Of a stretch of 64,000 bases of DNA, positions 20,813 through 32,278 are shown one piece after another (position 1 is the first letter of the stretch; the number at the start of each line of letters is the position of its first letter). Below the pieces are notes generated by a model. It saw only the letters and a list, made by a program, of their open reading frames with translations. It did no database searches and was not told the DNA's origin. Made by a program: the position numbers and the translations under genes. The stretch comes from an uncultured Bacilli bacterium (GTDB lineage Bacteria; Bacillota_I; Bacilli_A; RF39; UBA660). Location: the NCBI GenBank assembly GCA_910584165.1, contig CAJTZU010000002.1:9595-73594 (forward strand), given 5' to 3'.

Positions 20813-21415
20813 TTATTTCTTTCGTATTTCCTGAATATAGGCATCTACTTTTTTATACCATGATTTCGATGTAGCATATCTTTTGTTAATCTCTTTAGTT
20901 GAGGTTATTCCCTTCGAAAAATAGTTTTTTGATAATCCATTAATAAAAGCTTTAATTCCTTCCTCTAAATTAGAATAAGCTTTATAAGAGCCACAACCTT
21001 TCCCTTTTTGTCCTCCAACATTGTTACAAGTCTTCACAATACGACTACATTTCCATTTACAACCAGTTTCTTGTAACATAATAGCAGTAGCTATATAAGG
21101 ATCTACTCCTTTTTCTAAAGAATAGGAAGCAATTAAACTTCCTTTTCCAGCTAAATCATCATTTAAAGATTTATCTAATTTATTAGAAAGCTCTTCTAAG
21201 GTCATATCTTCAAAAACAATTTTTGCTTTTTCCTCTTCTATTACCATTGCCATTAATCTTTCTTCATCAATCTCTAATATTTGACCAAACTCTAAAATTT
21301 TAACAGGCTTTTCTTTCACACTTTCTTGATTATTTTGAACTACAATATATCCTCCAACGATACAATCTATTACAGCCAATGTGACTAGTAATATCGTTTT
21401 CAGGCTTGCTTTCAC
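20813..21415 (-). CDS. mannosyl-glycoprotein endo-beta-N-acetylglucosaminidase-like (glucosaminidase domain) protein, membrane-anchored
   Basis: N-terminal TM; C-terminal domain AIMLQETG...YATSKSWYKKV typical of PF01832. Confidence 0.6.
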   Translation of the reverse strand: MKASLKTILLVTLAVIDCIVGGYIVVQNNQESVKEKPVKILEFGQILEIDEERLMAMVIEEEKAKIVFEDMTLEELSNKLDKSLNDDLAGKGSLIASYSLEKGVDPYIATAIMLQETGCKWKCSRIVKTCNNVGGQKGKGCGSYKAYSNLEEGIKAFINGLSKNYFSKGITSTKEINKRYATSKSWYKKVDAYIQEIRKK

Positions 21416-21554
21416 TATAAGTCACCTCATTCTATTTCCTTTTTAGGAAAGCAAAATTATCGTAACATATTCCTTTTAGTCCTGTCAAACTTACTTTACA
21501 TTTATTTACATATGTTTATTATTTTATAACTAAATAAAGTAATATTTTTATAAA

Positions 21555-22085
21555 TTAACTTTTTCTTATAACATCTTCTAAAGGCTTTCTAGGCCTTGCA
21601 TGAGGTTCTTGGGCTTTATAACCTATTGCAACAGTAGATACCACTCTTAAATCTGTATGTAATAGTTCTTTTAGTTCCTCTTCAATCAAACTAGTATTTC
21701 CTATCCAAAGACTTCCTAAATTCTTATCTGTTGCCCTAAGTAACATATTCTCAATAGCTCCACCTATTGATAAAATATCATATAAATAATTCTCTTTATT
21801 ATATTCTGTTAAATAAATAATAATGAGTACTGGAGCCTCTTTTATAATTCCTGACGTATGAGGAGCGGTAGACCCTTCTATGCCTATTGTTTTTTGATAG
21901 AGCGTATCAGCAATTGTATTCTTTAATTCTCCTCTTACAATTTGAAACTTCCACGGCTGCCTATTATGTCCAGAAGGGGCTTTGGTAGCACATTCAATCA
22001 AATCTAATAATATCTCATCAGAAACATCTCTTTCCTCATATTTACGAATACTTCTTCTTAATTCTATTGCTTCTTTTAATTCCAT
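21555..22085 (-). CDS. nitroreductase family protein
   Basis: RRSIRKY...APSGHNRQPWKF motif. Confidence 0.8.
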   Translation of the reverse strand: MELKEAIELRRSIRKYEERDVSDEILLDLIECATKAPSGHNRQPWKFQIVRGELKNTIADTLYQKTIGIEGSTAPHTSGIIKEAPVLIIIYLTEYNKENYLYDILSIGGAIENMLLRATDKNLGSLWIGNTSLIEEELKELLHTDLRVVSTVAIGYKAQEPHARPRKPLEDVIRKS

Positions 22086-22102
22086 ACTATTTTCTCCTTT
22101 TA

Positions 22103-23278
22103 TTATTTATGAGTTTGATTATCTTTTCTATATTTATCCATGTATCCAAATCTAGTAGCCTTCAAGAAATTAACAGAATGTTCTATCAACCAGTCAATTT
22201 GTTCTTGATTATACCCTTCCATTTTTTTTGTACGTAATAATACTTTAGGTAATAAATCTAATACACTATCCTCTCTAGGTTGCTGATTATTAACCCTTGA
22301 TAATTTTTTCAAACTATCTAATTCCATCGATTCTTGTGTCTTATAAGAAATAGCTTTAAATATATTATCAGAAAAATATTTTTTATATTCCATTAGAGGA
22401 ACCATATAAAACATATACGATATATCACTTATCATGCCCTCTACTATCGTATCATCTTCTTTTACATTAATTTCAAATTTATAATCAACTGTACCATTAG
22501 CTTTCTTTACCAATTTAATATTCTTATTAGAATCCCATGTAGGGTCAAAAACAAATAAATCTGATACACCATATTTTTCATCTTGAATATTTACCATTAC
22601 TCTAACATGGTCTGAATCCGTTTGACCTACAAATAATAAATAAGCATTCATCCCTAATTCTTTTAGCAATTGGCAAAAAAAGCGACTATATCCTGCGCAT
22701 ACAATGCTTCCTGTATCTAATATCTTAGCAACTGTTCGACTATAATAAGCAGATGCTTCTGTTTCATTATATTGATAAAATTTAACACAATCATAAGCAA
22801 TTGTCACTTTTTCTAAAGGGGATAAATGAAAAGTTGAATAATAATCTCGAAATTGTTTCAATATTTGACGCATATATTGGAATTCATCTAAAGTACATAT
22901 TCCTGAATCATTGGTAACCTGAATAAAAATATCTAAGTTAAGTTGGCGTAAATCCTCAAGATTTTCATAATCTTTATTCTCTAAACAAATAATAGCTTTT
23001 TTATATTTACTTAAATCCTGACTTTTCGCATATTCCAAAATTTGGGGAATAGTTGTAATAGTTCCATTTTTCTGTGCTTTATCTATTCTAAATGTTTCAC
23101 TAGATCTTCGTAACTTAGCAAAATCCCAACAAGAAGATTTAATGTCATTAAAAAATTGAATGAGGGCCTCTCTATTTTGAGGATTATAAACATTTAAATA
23201 TCTTTTCTCAAAATCTTCAAAATCTGAAAATTGATCGAAATACTTTTTTAAAAGTTCTAAACTTGACTCTGTTGCCAT
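22103..23278 (-). CDS. transglutaminase-like cysteine protease domain protein
   Basis: Cys (CAGYSRFFCQLL), His (DHVRVMV), Asp (FDPTWD) triad arrangement. Confidence 0.55.
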   Translation of the reverse strand: MATESSLELLKKYFDQFSDFEDFEKRYLNVYNPQNREALIQFFNDIKSSCWDFAKLRRSSETFRIDKAQKNGTITTIPQILEYAKSQDLSKYKKAIICLENKDYENLEDLRQLNLDIFIQVTNDSGICTLDEFQYMRQILKQFRDYYSTFHLSPLEKVTIAYDCVKFYQYNETEASAYYSRTVAKILDTGSIVCAGYSRFFCQLLKELGMNAYLLFVGQTDSDHVRVMVNIQDEKYGVSDLFVFDPTWDSNKNIKLVKKANGTVDYKFEINVKEDDTIVEGMISDISYMFYMVPLMEYKKYFSDNIFKAISYKTQESMELDSLKKLSRVNNQQPREDSVLDLLPKVLLRTKKMEGYNQEQIDWLIEHSVNFLKATRFGYMDKYRKDNQTHK

Positions 23279-23321
23279 AACTCACCTACTTTTCTTTATT
23301 ATATCACAAAAAAGAAGATGA

Positions 23322-24506
23322 TTATTCATCTTCTTTGATACGTCTATGGAGAATATCTTTATAACCATTTACACCTGGCTGATCATAATAATTAATTTTT
23401 AATAAATAGCTACCTAACATAGCACTCATTTCAAAGAAGAAAATCAAATATCCTAAGTTTTCTTCTGAAATTGTATCTAATGTAATAATAGAGGTTGGAA
23501 TATGACCTTCAAAATGTGCTTGTGCGACGCTTTCCATTGCCAATTTATTAACAGTGTCTAAAGTTTTACCATACTTTTCAAGATAGATATCTTCATCCGA
23601 ATGTACAAAAAATGTTGTTGAGAATATCATATCAATTCCATCTTGATAGTATTGTCCTAAAGAGTGCAAATCTCTTGTATTGATTGTAGAAACAGGAAAA
23701 ATACCCTTTCCTTCTTTTCCTTGGGATTCTCCAAATAATTGTTTTAACCATTCAACAAAGGAAGCTAATTTAGGCTCATAAATATCAAAAGACTCTATTA
23801 CCTTATTTCTATTATATAATTCATGTCTTAACATAGTGTAATAATAACACTCTTCCAAATTTTCTTTTGCCTGTAAAGCACCAGCAAATAAAGATTTAAT
23901 AGAAAGGTCTGCTACTGCAATAGGAAGAAGTCCTACTGGTGTAAGTACAGAAAATCTTCCCCCAATATTATCAGGAACAACAAATCTTTGAAAACCTTTT
24001 TGATTTGCAAGAGGTAACAGTTCTCCACTCTTTTCATCTGTTGTTACAAAAATTCTTTTAGAGCTTTCATCCTCTCCATATTTTTGCTCCATAAATTCTA
24101 AGATGAGATCAAAAGCAATAGCAGGTTCTAAAGTAGTTCCACTTTTAGAAATAACATTAACCATTACTTCTTTATCTTGTAGATAGTCAATTAAATCAGC
24201 CATATAATCACTAGACAATTGATATCCTGCAAATAAAATCTCCAGTTTCTTTTCCCCATAGTATGGAGATAAAGCATCAATTACTGCTTTAGCACCCATA
24301 TAAGAGCCACCTATTCCTATTACTAAAAACACATCGCAATTATTTCGAATATAACTTGCTGCTGATGAAATTGCTTCTACACAAGATTGGTCAAGCTCAT
24401 ACCAACCGCTCATCTTCTTATCTTTCAAAAATCTTTCTTTTATATCAGATAAGTCAGTATCCTCTATTTCATTATAATGATACTTTTTAAAATCAAAAGT
24501 TATCAT
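23322..24506 (-). CDS. pgi: glucose-6-phosphate isomerase
   Basis: VIGIGGSYMG, SKSGTTLE SIS motifs, GGRFSVLT, C-terminal DQPGV; starts 1 bp after stop of giant upstream gene. Confidence 0.85.
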   Translation of the reverse strand: MITFDFKKYHYNEIEDTDLSDIKERFLKDKKMSGWYELDQSCVEAISSAASYIRNNCDVFLVIGIGGSYMGAKAVIDALSPYYGEKKLEILFAGYQLSSDYMADLIDYLQDKEVMVNVISKSGTTLEPAIAFDLILEFMEQKYGEDESSKRIFVTTDEKSGELLPLANQKGFQRFVVPDNIGGRFSVLTPVGLLPIAVADLSIKSLFAGALQAKENLEECYYYTMLRHELYNRNKVIESFDIYEPKLASFVEWLKQLFGESQGKEGKGIFPVSTINTRDLHSLGQYYQDGIDMIFSTTFFVHSDEDIYLEKYGKTLDTVNKLAMESVAQAHFEGHIPTSIITLDTISEENLGYLIFFFEMSAMLGSYLLKINYYDQPGVNGYKDILHRRIKEDE

Positions 24507-24507
24507 T

Positions 24508-27500
24508 TTACACCCCTCTCTTAATATTTACATTTACATTATGAGTTTGTTTATCATTAACTAATTCTATTTCTTTTACAATTTTTCCATCTAGTCTAAT
24601 TTCATCGTTATCTCTATTATTATTGACATTAATAATATATGTTGTATCTTCAAATTGATAAGTAATTTTATATCCTTCCCATTTACTTGGAATAGATGGC
24701 AAAATATAAAGTTTATTTCCTATCTTATTGAATCCTAAAATATTGGAAATAGCAACTCTGTAAAACCAACCACTAGAACCAGTATACCAAGTCCATCCCC
24801 CATGTCCAATAAAATGCGGATTACTATAAATATCAGCAGCTATAACATATGGTTCAACTTGATACTCTTCTACTTGACTTTTTGTCATGGTATGATGAAC
24901 AGGGTTAATCATTTGGTAACAATGATAAGCTCTATCATTTAAACCAAGTTTTAAAAGAGCCATAATCCACCATGCGACAGAATGGGTATATTGACCACCA
25001 TTCTCGCGTATACCACTAGCATAATCTTTAATATATCCAGGATTATTTTTAGGGTTTGAAAAAGCTGGTGTTAGCAATTTGATAAAGCCATGCTCTTGAT
25101 TTACTAAATTATCTTCTACTGCCATAACAATAGATTTTATTTGCTTTTCTAATGCAATATCCGTTAAAATAGCCCAACTTTGAGAAATTAAGTCAATTTT
25201 ACATTCCTCATTTTCCTTACTTCCAAGTTTATCGCCATTATCAAAATAAGCACGTAAATAATGTTCTCCATCCCAAGCATTTTCTCGTAAAGCCTGTTTT
25301 AAATCTTCATTAAATTTTTCATATTTAGAAACATCTTCATTTTTATATGTAGAGGCGATTTCCATAAAACGATTAACAACTTCATAGGCAAAAAAACCTA
25401 ACCATACACTTGTACCTTTTCCTTTGATACCAACATGGTTCATTCCGTCATTCCAATCTCCACCACCCATTAATGGGATTCCATTCTCCCCCATTTCGTG
25501 GAAAAGTTTATCTATAACAAGAACCAAATGCTCATATAAAGATACTTTCGTTTCACTATAACTAAATGACATTCCTCTTTCTTCTTCATCTGGATATAGC
25601 AAATCTCCTTCTACAAATGGAACAAGCTCTTCCAAAATAGAAGAATCATTTGTTATTCTTAAATATTCCATAGTCGCATAAATTAACCATAAATAGTCGT
25701 CTTTGTATCGTGAGCGTAATCCAAAATGATTTTCAACATGCCACCAATGAAGTACATCCCCTTCTTTAAATTGGTGTTTCGCACATATTAAAATTTGTTT
25801 ACGAGCTGCTTCGCTATCTACAATGCATACATTCATAGAATCCTGTAATTGATCGCGGAAACCAAATGCCCCTCCAACCTGATAAAAACCAGATTTTGCC
25901 ATAATACGAGATGCGAATGTTTGATATAAATACCAATGATTAATCATAAAGTCAAAAGAATCTTCAGAAGTTTTTACTTGAATAACACCAAGTTTTTTCT
26001 TCCACCATTCCTTTGTTTCTTCTAATTTATTTTGAACATAAACAATATTATTATATTTTTCTACTTGTGATTGAATAGAATCTTTATTTTTTTCACAACC
26101 CAATAAAAACGCAAATGTTATAGAATCTTTTTTCTCTAAATTCTTAGAAATATGAATACTTTTAGATAAAACTGCATCCGTATCAACGCTTGTAATCTCT
26201 TCTGTACTACTCATATATACAATATTTTCTTTAAAAGCAAGAGCATACTTATTCTGAATCGTTAAGAAATTATTTAGCTCATAGTAATTGCATACTAAAT
26301 GCCTTACTGTTTTTTCTTCAGATACACCAAGAATTGGATTAATCCAATAACGAATGTCTAAGTCTAAATCTTTAGAAGATACATTTTTTAATGTGAATAA
26401 AGCTACTTTAACATTATCCTCTGGCGGTACAAAATAAGTAACATCTATTTTATAATCTTTATTTTTAAATTTAAATTTACTATATCCTATTCCATGAATA
26501 CAGTCATACCAATTAATTAATTGATTATTGACACTGATTCCTTCTGATTTATCATCAATAATGGTATCATTTGTCCAAGATGTTAGCTTATATTCCCTAC
26601 TGTTGTCAGAATAAGTAAAACTATTATCTTTATTAGTAATAACTGTACCAAAATTACCATTGGTTAAAACATTTGACCAAGGCATTGGCGTATTAGGATT
26701 TGTAACGTGATATTCACTACCATCACGAGTAAATCCACCAAATTCATTTTGATATACCAATTCTTCATCATCATTTGTATTATCACTATTTAAGACTTGC
26801 TGCTCTATATAATCATTAATTTTATTTTCTTTTTGTAATCTATCAATCTGTTCTCTTAATGAATTATTATAAACTGTATTAAATGTTAATCTAGCAATAC
26901 TTCTAAATAAATTAATTTGTTCTTCGCTCATCTTATTTTTATCTAATAAAATAACACGACCTGGAGTATTAGAAAAACTATTTATAGCATACATACGATA
27001 TAATTCATCGGAAACAACCTTAGAAATTGTTTTTGCATTCTTTTCATCAGAACTATTTATAATAACTAAATCAACAAAGATACATTTACTTTTATAATAC
27101 TCAAACGTTTTTAATAGTTCCTGAACTAAACTAACAGAACCTATATCATTAATTTCTACTAGTATAATTGGCCTATCTCCACTTACACCAAAGCTCCATA
27201 AAGTATCTTGACCTAAAGAGTTATCTGTCAATAATTGTTTTCTTGTTTCATTTAAATTAATACGACTAGTTTGATATAAATAATTAAGCATCATGTTATA
27301 TAAATGTACATCTGCTCCTGTTACACCTAATTTTTTAGTAGCAGAATTTGTCATCATTGTTGTAAGCTCAAAAGCCTCTTCAATCAATTCTTCATTGCCA
27401 TAGGCATTCACAATTGCTAAAACCTGCTCTTCTGATTTTCCAAATCCGTTAATCATATAAACAGTTATCTCTTCTCCAGATGGAATTTCAATACGGTTGC

Positions 27501-30500
27501 GAATACTGCTAATAGGATCTAGGTTTTCTCCTACATAGTTTGTTAATTTGGTATGAAGACCACTTGGATTATGATAGTTTGTACCATTCGCAATAAAATG
27601 ACTTCTCTCTGTTTCATAACTGTAAGAATCTATAGGATTATCTATTAATAATCTACTAATCATATAATATTTATCCCTAGTTCCACGAATTCTTCTATTT
27701 AAAATTAAAGAATTCGTTTCTTCATGATAACTAGATTTTATAAACATATTATTAAACACGCGATGACCAATATCTGCTTCCACTTCACAAAGAATAGGTT
27801 CCGTATAAGTTGTCAACTCTAATTTTTTTGCTTTTGGTGAAACATTTCGAATCGTAATTTTTCTTATTTCAGCATTATGTCCTTTGGTAACAATAATTTC
27901 TGAATTTGTTACAATATCATTATCCACTCTCATATATTTAATACGATCTAAAGAGAATACGACATTATATCTTTCTGGTTTTATATTTGTTGGAGCATAC
28001 GTATTACTCCAAACCTGATTATTCTCTAAATCCCTAATGTATAAGAAATTTCCATACTCTTGTTCTGTAATTTTTCTAGAACGATTTAACTGAATAGTTT
28101 TATATCGGCTAAATCCAGAACCTCTATCATTTAATAAAACACAATATCTAGAATTTGATAAAACAGAAACTTCTGGTCGTAATGAAATATAAGAATATTC
28201 TCTAATATCATTTTCAAAGGATTCTTTTTCATAATCATATTTTTTATATTTTACAATTTTTAAATCTATCATTGGTTCTATTTGAACTTTTTCTTTATTC
28301 AATACATCAAAAGATTGTACACGAATATCATCATAGAAATAATTTTGAAGTGTATTATTACAAAGATAATTTGCTAAAGAGCAAAGAATCATTCCTTGAT
28401 GATGCGCAAAATAAGAAAATATCGGTGTTTTATCTTCATAATCATAAGATTCAAAGAAACCATAATCACCATACATTTTTAACTTTTTAAATTTCTGCAA
28501 ATTATTATAAACATCTTTTGGAAATTTAGAAACTGCTAAAGCAGAACTATAAGGAGATAGTACAATTCTTTCCTCTACATTATCCCTAAATTTTAAATAA
28601 GGAGTTCCAAATGCTTTATATTTATAGTTTTGAGAATCATCTAATAAATTATAAGCTGTTTCACTAATTCCCCATGGCATATCATTATCAATAGTACGCA
28701 TATATTCTTTTTGACAATAATGTGCAAAATAATAACTTTCATCCATCAAAGTATTCTGATAATCTTTCATCCAAATAAGAGGCATATAATATTCGAAAGA
28801 AGTTCCAGACCAAGAAAGTAGACCTTTTCTTCCTTGGAATGTCGTCAAAGTCTTATCTAACAAAAACCAATGTTGTTTTTTTACATCCCCTTTTGCAATA
28901 GCAATAAAGCTAGTAAGCCTTGCTTCACTTGCAAATTTATTGTAGTGGAACGGAATTAATTGTTCATTATAAGCATCATATCCACAGCTAAATACCATTT
29001 CTTCTCTATTAAATAAATATTTAAAATTTGTTTGTTGAATTAAATTTTCAATTCTATTTTTTAAATTTTTACTACCATATTTTTTTACAAAAGATTTTGT
29101 CACCATTAAAGAAGCAACAAAGTTCCCACTATCTACTGTAGAAATTGTTGGTGGGTTCATCTTTTGTAAAGTTTTAATATTGTACCAATTGTATAAATGG
29201 CCATGCCATTTTTCTAATTTCTCTACTGTTTCAATCACTTTTTCAATTCGATAAACGGCATCTTCGTAAGAAGTAAATTTTAATTCTGCTGCACTAATAA
29301 GGGACATTAAAGAAAATCCTATATTAGTAGGAGAAGTTTTAATATCTTCTTTAATCTCTCTATTTAATTGGTAATTGTCTACAATTAAATAATTATTTTC
29401 TGACACTAAAAATCTATCATAAAACTTCCATGTATCATGCGCTAAAACATTTAATGAATCCATTTCTTTTTTAGTTAATTTTTTGGCCTCTTGGCGAATA
29501 GGCTTACTGATTAAATAGAAAACACTATTACTTACAAAGAAAATAAGACTGACTCCTAAAGCTAAAGTAAAATAATTTCTTTGTAAAAAATATACTAAAA
29601 CTAATAATAATAAAGAAACTAAATAATTAATTTTAAAATTAGATAAATAAGATAAAAAATTATTCTTTGTTTTCTTAGATGCTTCATCTGCTGTTACCCA
29701 AGCAAGTAAATGTTTATGACTAATATGTAAACGATAAATAGCACGAATAAAAGCATCAGCATATAATTTAGCATTATATGGAAGAGCACTAAAAGTAGAT
29801 AAGGTTCTAATAAATACAGATTCAAAACCATAAGCAATATTACGGTAATGCTTAATTTTTAATGTCCTTTCTTTCTGAATTTTTAGCTTATCTTGAATAT
29901 AGAAAATAATTGGTAAAATTAAAACCAAAGTTACAAATAAAATCCACCACGCAGGATTATATACACCAAGTAGAAATGCTGCAAATATAGTTGCTAATAA
30001 AAATAAGTCTACTAATCCACGTCTAATATTATCAAATAGCTTCCATTTTTCTATTAAATTTAGAGGAGCTTTTTTACTACTCATATAGGATAAAACTTGC
30101 ATATCTCCTCTAGCCCATCTGTGTCTTCTATTAGCATCTGCTAAAAAGTTAGATGGAAAATCGTCTATTACTTCTACATCAGATACAAATCCGCATCGAA
30201 TATAATTCCCTTCTAATAAATCGTGACTTAAAATCCTATTTTCAGGAAATATTCCAGATAATGTTTCGTCAAAAACAGATAAATCATAAATTCCTTTTCC
30301 CCAGAAACTTCCTTCTTTAAATACATCCTGATAAAAATTAGCAATTACTTTACTATAGATGTCATATCCACCTATACCAGCATAAATCTGTGTAAAAAAT
30401 GATTGGTTAGTGGATTCTACATCTACACTTACTTTTGGTTGCATAATTCCATAACCTTTTACTATCTTAGTATGGTTTTGATTAAAAACTGGCTTGTTAA

Positions 30501-32172
30501 GAGGATGTGCCATAGCTCCTACTAATTGGAATGCAGAACCTAATACTAATTGAGTGTCTTGGTCTAAAGTAATCACATATTTAATTTTTTTCTTAAAGTC
30601 TGTAAAATTATGGCCCATATAATATTTTTGTTGGTCTTCTAAAGATAATTTTCCTAATAATAATTTATTGAAATGCCCTAAAGCACCTCTTTTTCTCTCA
30701 TATCCTAACCATTCTTCTTCTGATTCATTATATACTCTTTTACGATACGCAAAATAGAAAATTTCTTTTCCATATTTTTTATTTAACATCTCTGCCTTTT
30801 TTAATCCAGCTTCCAATATTTCATCATCAAAAGGCTCTATTTGATGCTCGCTAGAAGAACAATCCCCTAGTAAAGTAAAATACAAATTGTCGCTTTTGTT
30901 TGCTAAATAATAAGATTCCAAAGAGTCAAACATAGTATTTACTTTTTCAGTATTTTTTAAAATAGTAACAATTACTGTCATTGTAGCGGAACTTTTCGGT
31001 ATTCCATCACTAAAGTCTAATTTGGGAATTGGTTCTGGTTTATAAATTTTCAAGTAAACTCTACTAGCTATTTGCATTACAATTTCACTCATTGGAACTA
31101 GTAAAATTAATAAGCCTAAAAATCTTGGTCTAATAAAATATTTAGAAGCAAGGAATGCTAATAAAAAACTTAAAACAACTACTAAAGAAACATATAAAAA
31201 AGAGCGCAATTTTAATAATTCCTTTTTTTGTAAATATTCTCCAATATGCTTATTTTCTTTTGTTGCTATAGCAATTACACTCTTCGCATAATCATATTCA
31301 CATTGTTTCCTTTTTTTCGCATTTTTAATAATTAAACCACGATAAGTTTGTTTTGTTTCTATCGTCATTTGACCATAATAAGAATCCATTAATAGAATAT
31401 ATTCAGTTTTACTAACTTTTCGATATAATTCTTCTATTTTCATGCGATTGATTTTAACAATACTATTAAAAATATTGGCTACTAGCATATTTTCATCAGC
31501 AGCAGATTGATATACACTTTCAATAATATTATTCAATTTAATAGATTTTCTATCTAAGATTTCATTTAATTGTTTAAATACATCATTAGAAATAGTACCT
31601 AATTCTTTTAATCCAGCATTTAATTTTTCTAAATAAACAGGTCTTTGAATAATATCTTCTGTTAACGTAATATAATCTTTTAAATTTACTTCATGATATT
31701 TATTAACATCACTTTCAATCGTTTCGATTAACTCTTTTACTTCAAATTCATCATCTAATTTTTTCTTTTCTCTTTCACACAAAGTAACTAATTCATTCAC
31801 TAATACTAAATAGGCTACTACCCCTATAGAATTAATTTCATGATAAGTAAAACGATAACTAAAGTTATCTTGATAGCGATTTAATTCTTTAATTAGAATA
31901 GAAACATCTATTTTGTACTTATTTCTCTTTAAAATTTTTTTCATTACTTGGTAGAGATCTAAACTATTTTCAAAAGCATATTTATAAGCTTTTCTATCTT
32001 TTAAAAAGTTTTTAGTAGTCTTTTTTTGTTCAACTATTAAATAATAGTTATCTATTATCCACTCATTAGTTGTTCCAATATAGCAATGATTCTTAGTTAG
32101 TTGTGTTAAATATGCATAATAGGAAGATAATGTTTTCATGTTTTTATTAAAATTCTTTCTGTATCTTTTCAT
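24508..32172 (-). CDS. cyclic beta-1,2-glucan synthase-like protein (NdvB/Cgs-like: N-terminal membrane GT2-like glycosyltransferase + C-terminal GH94 phosphorylase-like domain), 2554 aa
   Basis: GT-A DxD (TLDQDT) and RRHRWARGD (QxxRW-like) motifs flanked by TM helices; C-terminal (alpha/alpha)6 GH94 hallmark GGGDWNDGMN. Confidence 0.7.
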   Translation of the reverse strand: MKRYRKNFNKNMKTLSSYYAYLTQLTKNHCYIGTTNEWIIDNYYLIVEQKKTTKNFLKDRKAYKYAFENSLDLYQVMKKILKRNKYKIDVSILIKELNRYQDNFSYRFTYHEINSIGVVAYLVLVNELVTLCEREKKKLDDEFEVKELIETIESDVNKYHEVNLKDYITLTEDIIQRPVYLEKLNAGLKELGTISNDVFKQLNEILDRKSIKLNNIIESVYQSAADENMLVANIFNSIVKINRMKIEELYRKVSKTEYILLMDSYYGQMTIETKQTYRGLIIKNAKKRKQCEYDYAKSVIAIATKENKHIGEYLQKKELLKLRSFLYVSLVVVLSFLLAFLASKYFIRPRFLGLLILLVPMSEIVMQIASRVYLKIYKPEPIPKLDFSDGIPKSSATMTVIVTILKNTEKVNTMFDSLESYYLANKSDNLYFTLLGDCSSSEHQIEPFDDEILEAGLKKAEMLNKKYGKEIFYFAYRKRVYNESEEEWLGYERKRGALGHFNKLLLGKLSLEDQQKYYMGHNFTDFKKKIKYVITLDQDTQLVLGSAFQLVGAMAHPLNKPVFNQNHTKIVKGYGIMQPKVSVDVESTNQSFFTQIYAGIGGYDIYSKVIANFYQDVFKEGSFWGKGIYDLSVFDETLSGIFPENRILSHDLLEGNYIRCGFVSDVEVIDDFPSNFLADANRRHRWARGDMQVLSYMSSKKAPLNLIEKWKLFDNIRRGLVDLFLLATIFAAFLLGVYNPAWWILFVTLVLILPIIFYIQDKLKIQKERTLKIKHYRNIAYGFESVFIRTLSTFSALPYNAKLYADAFIRAIYRLHISHKHLLAWVTADEASKKTKNNFLSYLSNFKINYLVSLLLLVLVYFLQRNYFTLALGVSLIFFVSNSVFYLISKPIRQEAKKLTKKEMDSLNVLAHDTWKFYDRFLVSENNYLIVDNYQLNREIKEDIKTSPTNIGFSLMSLISAAELKFTSYEDAVYRIEKVIETVEKLEKWHGHLYNWYNIKTLQKMNPPTISTVDSGNFVASLMVTKSFVKKYGSKNLKNRIENLIQQTNFKYLFNREEMVFSCGYDAYNEQLIPFHYNKFASEARLTSFIAIAKGDVKKQHWFLLDKTLTTFQGRKGLLSWSGTSFEYYMPLIWMKDYQNTLMDESYYFAHYCQKEYMRTIDNDMPWGISETAYNLLDDSQNYKYKAFGTPYLKFRDNVEERIVLSPYSSALAVSKFPKDVYNNLQKFKKLKMYGDYGFFESYDYEDKTPIFSYFAHHQGMILCSLANYLCNNTLQNYFYDDIRVQSFDVLNKEKVQIEPMIDLKIVKYKKYDYEKESFENDIREYSYISLRPEVSVLSNSRYCVLLNDRGSGFSRYKTIQLNRSRKITEQEYGNFLYIRDLENNQVWSNTYAPTNIKPERYNVVFSLDRIKYMRVDNDIVTNSEIIVTKGHNAEIRKITIRNVSPKAKKLELTTYTEPILCEVEADIGHRVFNNMFIKSSYHEETNSLILNRRIRGTRDKYYMISRLLIDNPIDSYSYETERSHFIANGTNYHNPSGLHTKLTNYVGENLDPISSIRNRIEIPSGEEITVYMINGFGKSEEQVLAIVNAYGNEELIEEAFELTTMMTNSATKKLGVTGADVHLYNMMLNYLYQTSRINLNETRKQLLTDNSLGQDTLWSFGVSGDRPIILVEINDIGSVSLVQELLKTFEYYKSKCIFVDLVIINSSDEKNAKTISKVVSDELYRMYAINSFSNTPGRVILLDKNKMSEEQINLFRSIARLTFNTVYNNSLREQIDRLQKENKINDYIEQQVLNSDNTNDDEELVYQNEFGGFTRDGSEYHVTNPNTPMPWSNVLTNGNFGTVITNKDNSFTYSDNSREYKLTSWTNDTIIDDKSEGISVNNQLINWYDCIHGIGYSKFKFKNKDYKIDVTYFVPPEDNVKVALFTLKNVSSKDLDLDIRYWINPILGVSEEKTVRHLVCNYYELNNFLTIQNKYALAFKENIVYMSSTEEITSVDTDAVLSKSIHISKNLEKKDSITFAFLLGCEKNKDSIQSQVEKYNNIVYVQNKLEETKEWWKKKLGVIQVKTSEDSFDFMINHWYLYQTFASRIMAKSGFYQVGGAFGFRDQLQDSMNVCIVDSEAARKQILICAKHQFKEGDVLHWWHVENHFGLRSRYKDDYLWLIYATMEYLRITNDSSILEELVPFVEGDLLYPDEEERGMSFSYSETKVSLYEHLVLVIDKLFHEMGENGIPLMGGGDWNDGMNHVGIKGKGTSVWLGFFAYEVVNRFMEIASTYKNEDVSKYEKFNEDLKQALRENAWDGEHYLRAYFDNGDKLGSKENEECKIDLISQSWAILTDIALEKQIKSIVMAVEDNLVNQEHGFIKLLTPAFSNPKNNPGYIKDYASGIRENGGQYTHSVAWWIMALLKLGLNDRAYHCYQMINPVHHTMTKSQVEEYQVEPYVIAADIYSNPHFIGHGGWTWYTGSSGWFYRVAISNILGFNKIGNKLYILPSIPSKWEGYKITYQFEDTTYIINVNNNRDNDEIRLDGKIVKEIELVNDKQTHNVNVNIKRGV

Positions 32173-32251
32173 AGCATTCCTCCATCCATTCTACTAATTT
32201 TATTATAACAGAAATGAAACAAAAAAAGAAGTATTCTAATAAGGATTAAAA

Positions 32252-32278
32252 TATAAAAAAAGACCAATTTTTGGTCTT
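32252..32278 (-). terminator. bidirectional rho-independent terminator
   Basis: aagaccaa-ttt-ttggtctt hairpin between A-run and T-run, directly after stop of 32279..33571. Confidence 0.6.
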
